Positions 60,105-64,000 of a stretch of 64,000 bases of DNA are shown here, one piece after another (position 1 is the first letter of the stretch; each line of letters starts with the position of its first letter). The DNA is from Nibricoccus sp. Lineage in GTDB: Bacteria > Verrucomicrobiota > Verrucomicrobiia > Opitutales > Opitutaceae. The stretch spans positions 3,360,001 to 3,424,000 of the forward strand of contig JASGHG010000001.1 in assembly GCA_047602425.1 (NCBI GenBank). Reading direction: 5' to 3'. A model generated the notes under the pieces. That model was given only the letters and a program-made list of their open reading frames with translations, made no database searches and was not told the DNA's origin. A program made the position numbers and the translations under genes.

Positions 60105-61016
60105 TTAGCGGGCGGGCGGGGTGGCCTCGATGTAAATCGTGCTGGAGCAGTGACCGGTCGCATCGCCCGTGAGCGTGGGAGTCAGTTGTTCGAGTTCGGC
60201 GAGATCGTGAGATTTATTTCCAACCCAGACCTGGCTGAGATAGCCGTGGTCGGGAGCGTCATTTGTGGCGACGGTCGAGGGTCCGGGAATGACGGAAAGT
60301 TTCCAGCCCCGGGGTCGATCGATGGATAGCGTCTGCGGATCAAACCCGAGTTTTACCTGCTGGATTTCGCTGCGAATCGTGGCGGTGTCGCCATTGATCG
60401 CGATGGACGGATGTGGCAACTGGATTGGTTTTTCGGGATCGACCATCCGGGCGACGACGAGTCCGGCGGGAACTTCGGCTGTTTTCTTCAGGTGCGTCGT
60501 GATCACGAAAGGCGTATTGACGGCGACAACGTGCAAACCGAAATACGCTTTGCCATTGTCCTTCCAGCGCACCGTGCAACGAAGACGCTTGCCATCCCAG
60601 GCATATTCGCGGGTCAGCGCGGGATAGTCTTTATTGACGTGGGCATGGTGAAGGGTGAGCACGCCCTCTTTGGCGGTGGCGACTTGGATGGAGGCATATT
60701 CCCACTCGGTCGGGGGCGGCCAGACCCAGCGATGTTGCGGTCCGAGCCAGAAACGGTGGCCGCCCTGATTGGGCCACGGATTGTTTGGCGACGGGCGGAG
60801 AAGCGGGAGCGGGGCGTTTATGAGGTTAAGCGAACCATCCTCCGCACCCAAATAGATCAGCCGGGAGCGGGCCTCGGTAACGATGGCGCGGACGCCCTGC
60901 TGGGTGGAGGTCCAGGCGGCTTCGCCGTGCCAGTCGGATTTTTCCCAAGTCGCAGTGGTCGCTAGGGACGCGAGAGACGTCATGATAAAAAGGAAAAATG
61001 GAGCGACACCTTTCAA
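60105..61016 (-). CDS. Secreted beta-sandwich protein (DUF4380/galactose-mutarotase-like)
   Basis: Signal-like N-terminus; NQGGHRFWLGPQ..W.WPPP and AELEQLTP motifs; start uncertain (TTG 61016 or ATG 60983). Confidence 0.65.
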   Translation of the reverse strand: MKGVAPFFLFIMTSLASLATTATWEKSDWHGEAAWTSTQQGVRAIVTEARSRLIYLGAEDGSLNLINAPLPLLRPSPNNPWPNQGGHRFWLGPQHRWVWPPPTEWEYASIQVATAKEGVLTLHHAHVNKDYPALTREYAWDGKRLRCTVRWKDNGKAYFGLHVVAVNTPFVITTHLKKTAEVPAGLVVARMVDPEKPIQLPHPSIAINGDTATIRSEIQQVKLGFDPQTLSIDRPRGWKLSVIPGPSTVATNDAPDHGYLSQVWVGNKSHDLAELEQLTPTLTGDATGHCSSTIYIEATPPAR

Positions 61017-61492
61017 AGCGGGGCGTTGGGGTTGAAGTTGGGCGAAGCTGCGGGCAGGTGATCGGAAATGGAGGAAGGCTGGAACAGGTAAGCTTGGTGA
61101 AGGCGCGGACGGCTGGAGGGGGCTTTTTCAGGCGAACGATTTAAGGCTAAATCTAAAGTCTCACGGGAGGGCAAGAAAGTTTCGCTGTTATTTCTTCTTC
61201 TCGCGGTCGTGGTACGGCTGGCGTGGTTATGATGGCCGAAGTCGATTCGTGGGGATTTGCGGGCGAAGGAGATGTTCATAAAGCGGGTGGGTCAGCGATG
61301 TTGGCGCGGGTCTGGCCGCAGAAGATTGCGGATGAAAACGCCGGTTTGTCGCACACCGCGAGGGGACGCGACCCCGCCGCTAGTATGACGTTAGAGGAAA
61401 AGAGACCGCGATTTGGGCGCGGGGTGGAGCGCCCGGCAGCTCCTCAGTCGAGAACGGCGATGCGGGTTCTCTCGGTTATGTTAGCAACCGCA

Positions 61493-61720
61493 TTATCTGG
61501 CGGACCCGAGACCGCTCCAAAAATATACGATCCAGTTGTGCCAGAATCGATGTTCCGACGCATTGCGCGCCTGCTCTGCGCCGTCGGTTCTTTGACTTTC
61601 GACGCGCTCGATTGCGGTCGCAGAAACTGCAGCGTTGGCCGTGGATTTCTTTGGCGTGGTCGAACAGCCGACTCCGCAGAGCACGCAGAGCAAAATAGAT
61701 ATCTGCACGGTTTGGCGCAT
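61493..61720 (-). CDS. Possible small lipoprotein (75 aa)
   Basis: MRQTVQISILLCVLCGVG|CSTT lipobox-like sequence; part of it overlaps a 9-nt repeat. Confidence 0.35.
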   Translation of the reverse strand: MRQTVQISILLCVLCGVGCSTTPKKSTANAAVSATAIERVESQRTDGAEQARNASEHRFWHNWIVYFWSGLGSAR

Positions 61721-61805
61721 TCTTTTACGTCATCTGGAGCATACCGGATGTTCCCCGTCAACTCACGGTAACGTCGGTGGTGAGCACCGAACAGGGTGAA
61801 AGGTG

Positions 61806-62525
61806 TTATTTTTCCGCCGCTGGCGGCACGGGCATGCGAGAGAAGACGAGCGTCGCGGCCAGTTCGGTGGCTTCACTGAGATGAACGCGGCTGGTGTCGA
61901 TCACCAAGTCGTACGCGTTGGGATCGGCAATGTTGGCGTTAAAATGAGTCCGTACGTAGCGTTCGCGGGCGAGATCGCGCTTGGCGTTATAGCCAGTGGC
62001 CTCGGTTTCATCCATTTGTTGCAAGCGCGCGATATGCTTTGCGCGGTGTGGGACGGGGCCAACGAGGCGCACATGCACGCCGTGAGAGATTCCGGCGGTG
62101 GCGAAATTTGCTCCACGACCGACGAAGATCGCGAAGCCGCCGCGGGCGAGGCGACGCATGAGCTCGTTGGCTTTTTGCACGAGGTCCCAGAGATTCGGAT
62201 GCAGGCCGACGAGCTCGCCGACGGCCGCGGAAATTTCGGGAATTTTGTCCTCGGGGAGAAAACGCGCGAGGCGGGGTGAAAGTTGGTGCGATTGCAACAT
62301 CTCCTCGATGAGATTGCCGGTGTAGACGGTCCATTGAGGCGCGTCGGGAAGATGAGCATTGAGGCGGAGCGCGAGAGCACGGGCGAGAGTGGATCCGCCG
62401 GCGCCGGATTCGCGCGAGATGGTGACGAAGGGACCTTCGGCTCTGCTGGCCCAAGGGACGCCGGTGTTGCCTATATGTGCATGCAAATAGGCGCCGGCCG
62501 TTTCCAAACCGGGGTGCGTTTTCAT
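61806..62525 (-). CDS. Cytidylate kinase-like family protein
   Basis: VTISRESGAGG, IFVGRGANF, D..R..YVR..F...I.DP..YDLVIDT motifs. Confidence 0.88.
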   Translation of the reverse strand: MKTHPGLETAGAYLHAHIGNTGVPWASRAEGPFVTISRESGAGGSTLARALALRLNAHLPDAPQWTVYTGNLIEEMLQSHQLSPRLARFLPEDKIPEISAAVGELVGLHPNLWDLVQKANELMRRLARGGFAIFVGRGANFATAGISHGVHVRLVGPVPHRAKHIARLQQMDETEATGYNAKRDLARERYVRTHFNANIADPNAYDLVIDTSRVHLSEATELAATLVFSRMPVPPAAEK

Positions 62526-62771
62526 GGGGATGGCGGGTTGAGCCCGAGCATAGGAACCGCTGCGCCGGGAGCAATGCTGCGTTTGCGGACGACAGCGTCA
62601 GTAGGGCCGCTGTTGGGTATAAATCACATCACGGACACGAGATCTATCCGGCGGGCGAAAAACCGGCAGATCGTTGAAAATTTCGTGTATCTGTCCGATG
62701 GACATTCTGTAACGAATCCGCAATTCTCCGGTCCTTATCACCGGTAGTTTCCCGATAAGGATCCACCTATC

Positions 62772-64000
62772 TTGTCCGATCACCCGCCCATACTCGCCAA
62801 AGACACCAACGCCTCCGTTGCGAAGGCGGAGCCCTGCGGCGTGTTGCTCGAACTGGTCAGCGAAAAATTTTACCGGGATAATCCGTTTCGGCAACTCGGC
62901 CTGGCGGTCCTGGCGAGCGCGCGTGAAGTGACGAAGCGGGTCGACGAATTGAAGCTGGCAGCGGAGTTTGGCATTGCGCAGCCCGACTGGTCCTTTGGTC
63001 CCGAGCAGGCGTTGACCGCCGAACAAATTCGCCTGGCCGCAACCGCACTCAAGGAGCCCACCGAGCGACTGGTTTGGGAATTATTTTGGTTTTGGCCGGA
63101 AAATTTCCCCGAGGACGAAGGTGAAGACCCGGCGTTGGCCCACCTCGCACGGGGAGAGACGGATCATGCGATCGAAATCTGGCAGGGTGCTGCGATGCAT
63201 GGGCAACTCGCCGCGTTGCACAACCTCGCGGTTTATTACCACGTGCAGGCGCTGGAGATGGAGCAACAAGAGTCGCCGCCGGAGGATCAACTGGTTAATC
63301 TTTGGTTCAAGTCGCTGCGTTTCTGGGAAAAAATTGGCGATGATGAAGGGTTGTGGGCGCGGATGCGCTCGCGCGTGAAACGCATGGCCGACGCCCGTGT
63401 GACCGACACCTTCGTCGCTCAGATGCGCACGACATTGGCCGGCGCACTAGCCAAGATATGCGCCTCGCTCGCGCTCACTCACGCGCAAAAAGGCTTGGTC
63501 AACCGTGCGTCTTTGCACGCTGCGCTGGTGACACATATCCATGGTGACAACGCCGGTGCCCGGCACGCGTTGGAAGAATATTGTTCGCCCATTGCGCGTC
63601 GGATCGACGCGCGGACCAATGAGGCGAAAAACCGGCTGGCGACGGCCGCCAGCAGTGCCGCGCTGGACGAGGCTTGGGCGCTGTTGCGTCAGTGCAACGA
63701 AGATCTGCGGCATATCGAACTGCTTTGCGGGCGCACGGCGGATTACTTTGTGGAGGTATCGAATGGTTTGGTGGGCACGGCGCTCGACGCTGTGGTGACC
63801 TATCAGCGCGAGACGCAGGATGATTTTCGCTGCCTGCCGGTGCTTGTGCACCTGCTCGACATGGAAGCGCTGCCCGAATTGAAAAATCGCGTGCAGGAGA
63901 CCTTTCAAACCGTCTACGGCAATGCCCTGATGCGCGAATCGCGTCCGCCGATGGAAACCTCGGATGAAATGGTTGAAGCGTTGGCCACCTCGGATGACCT
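62772..64000 (+). CDS. J-like domain plus helical-repeat protein, 3' end truncated by the window edge
   Basis: Translated by hand from TTG 62772 (TAAGGA upstream, in-frame TAG at 62745): ...FYRDNPFRQLGLAVLASAREVTKR...IRLAATALKEPTERLVWELFWFWP...LHNLAVYYH...; open to the end of the window; absent from the ORF track. Confidence 0.8.
   Translation, partial: MSDHPPILAKDTNASVAKAEPCGVLLELVSEKFYRDNPFRQLGLAVLASAREVTKRVDELKLAAEFGIAQPDWSFGPEQALTAEQIRLAATALKEPTERLVWELFWFWPENFPEDEGEDPALAHLARGETDHAIEIWQGAAMHGQLAALHNLAVYYHVQALEMEQQESPPEDQLVNLWFKSLRFWEKIGDDEGLWARMRSRVKRMADARVTDTFVAQMRTTLAGALAKICASLALTHAQKGLVNRASLHAALVTHIHGDNAGARHALEEYCSPIARRIDARTNEAKNRLATAASSAALDEAWALLRQCNEDLRHIELLCGRTADYFVEVSNGLVGTALDAVVTYQRETQDDFRCLPVLVHLLDMEALPELKNRVQETFQTVYGNALMRESRPPMETSDEMVEALATSDD

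Noticed and set aside
61013..61480. Short ORFs 61013..61279 and 61223..61771
   Set aside because: No protein-like composition or motifs; more likely promoter or non-coding DNA.

Overview
GC-rich bacterial chromosome segment, most likely from an Opitutaceae-like verrucomicrobium. This is inferred from gene repertoire and protein style (C-terminally extended ECF sigma, tandem TonB_C protein, fused E1 alpha/beta, GYF_2 membrane protein), not from a marker gene. I found no rRNA, tRNA, CRISPR array, transposase, integrase or prophage. Contents in order: a large secreted protein cut by the left edge (absent from the ORF track); sucCD; an orphan phage CII-like regulator; a nitrogen-scavenging cluster (porin, urtABCDE, ureABC, four unrelated genes, ureEFGD), each half preceded by a sigma54-type GG-N10-GC motif; an MBL hydrolase-E1 fusion-kdsC-lptCAB-hprK-rph run; GYF_2 protein, MarR, rpiB, two paralogous lipoproteins and a HAD hydrolase; a UxaE-family epimerase; sucA-sucB-lpdA; yciH, nadK, tlyA, lnt, MATE and an ECF sigma; two GH94 phosphorylases; and a J-like/helical protein cut by the right edge. 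The best candidate for an undescribed system is the divergent pair at 32.4-38.7 kb. One gene encodes a 925-aa PilM/actin-like domain + Pro-Ala-Lys linker + TM + 3xPEGA + TonB_C protein. The other encodes a 1091-aa pseudo-receiver + long coiled-coil protein with 78/85-aa repeats. Together they parallel the AglZ/GltG-GltJ/MreB parts of myxobacterial focal adhesions. Several families of small palindromic or periodic repeats sit at operon junctions, and one has entered the SucB coding linker. All product calls are from motifs recognised by eye; no searches were run.
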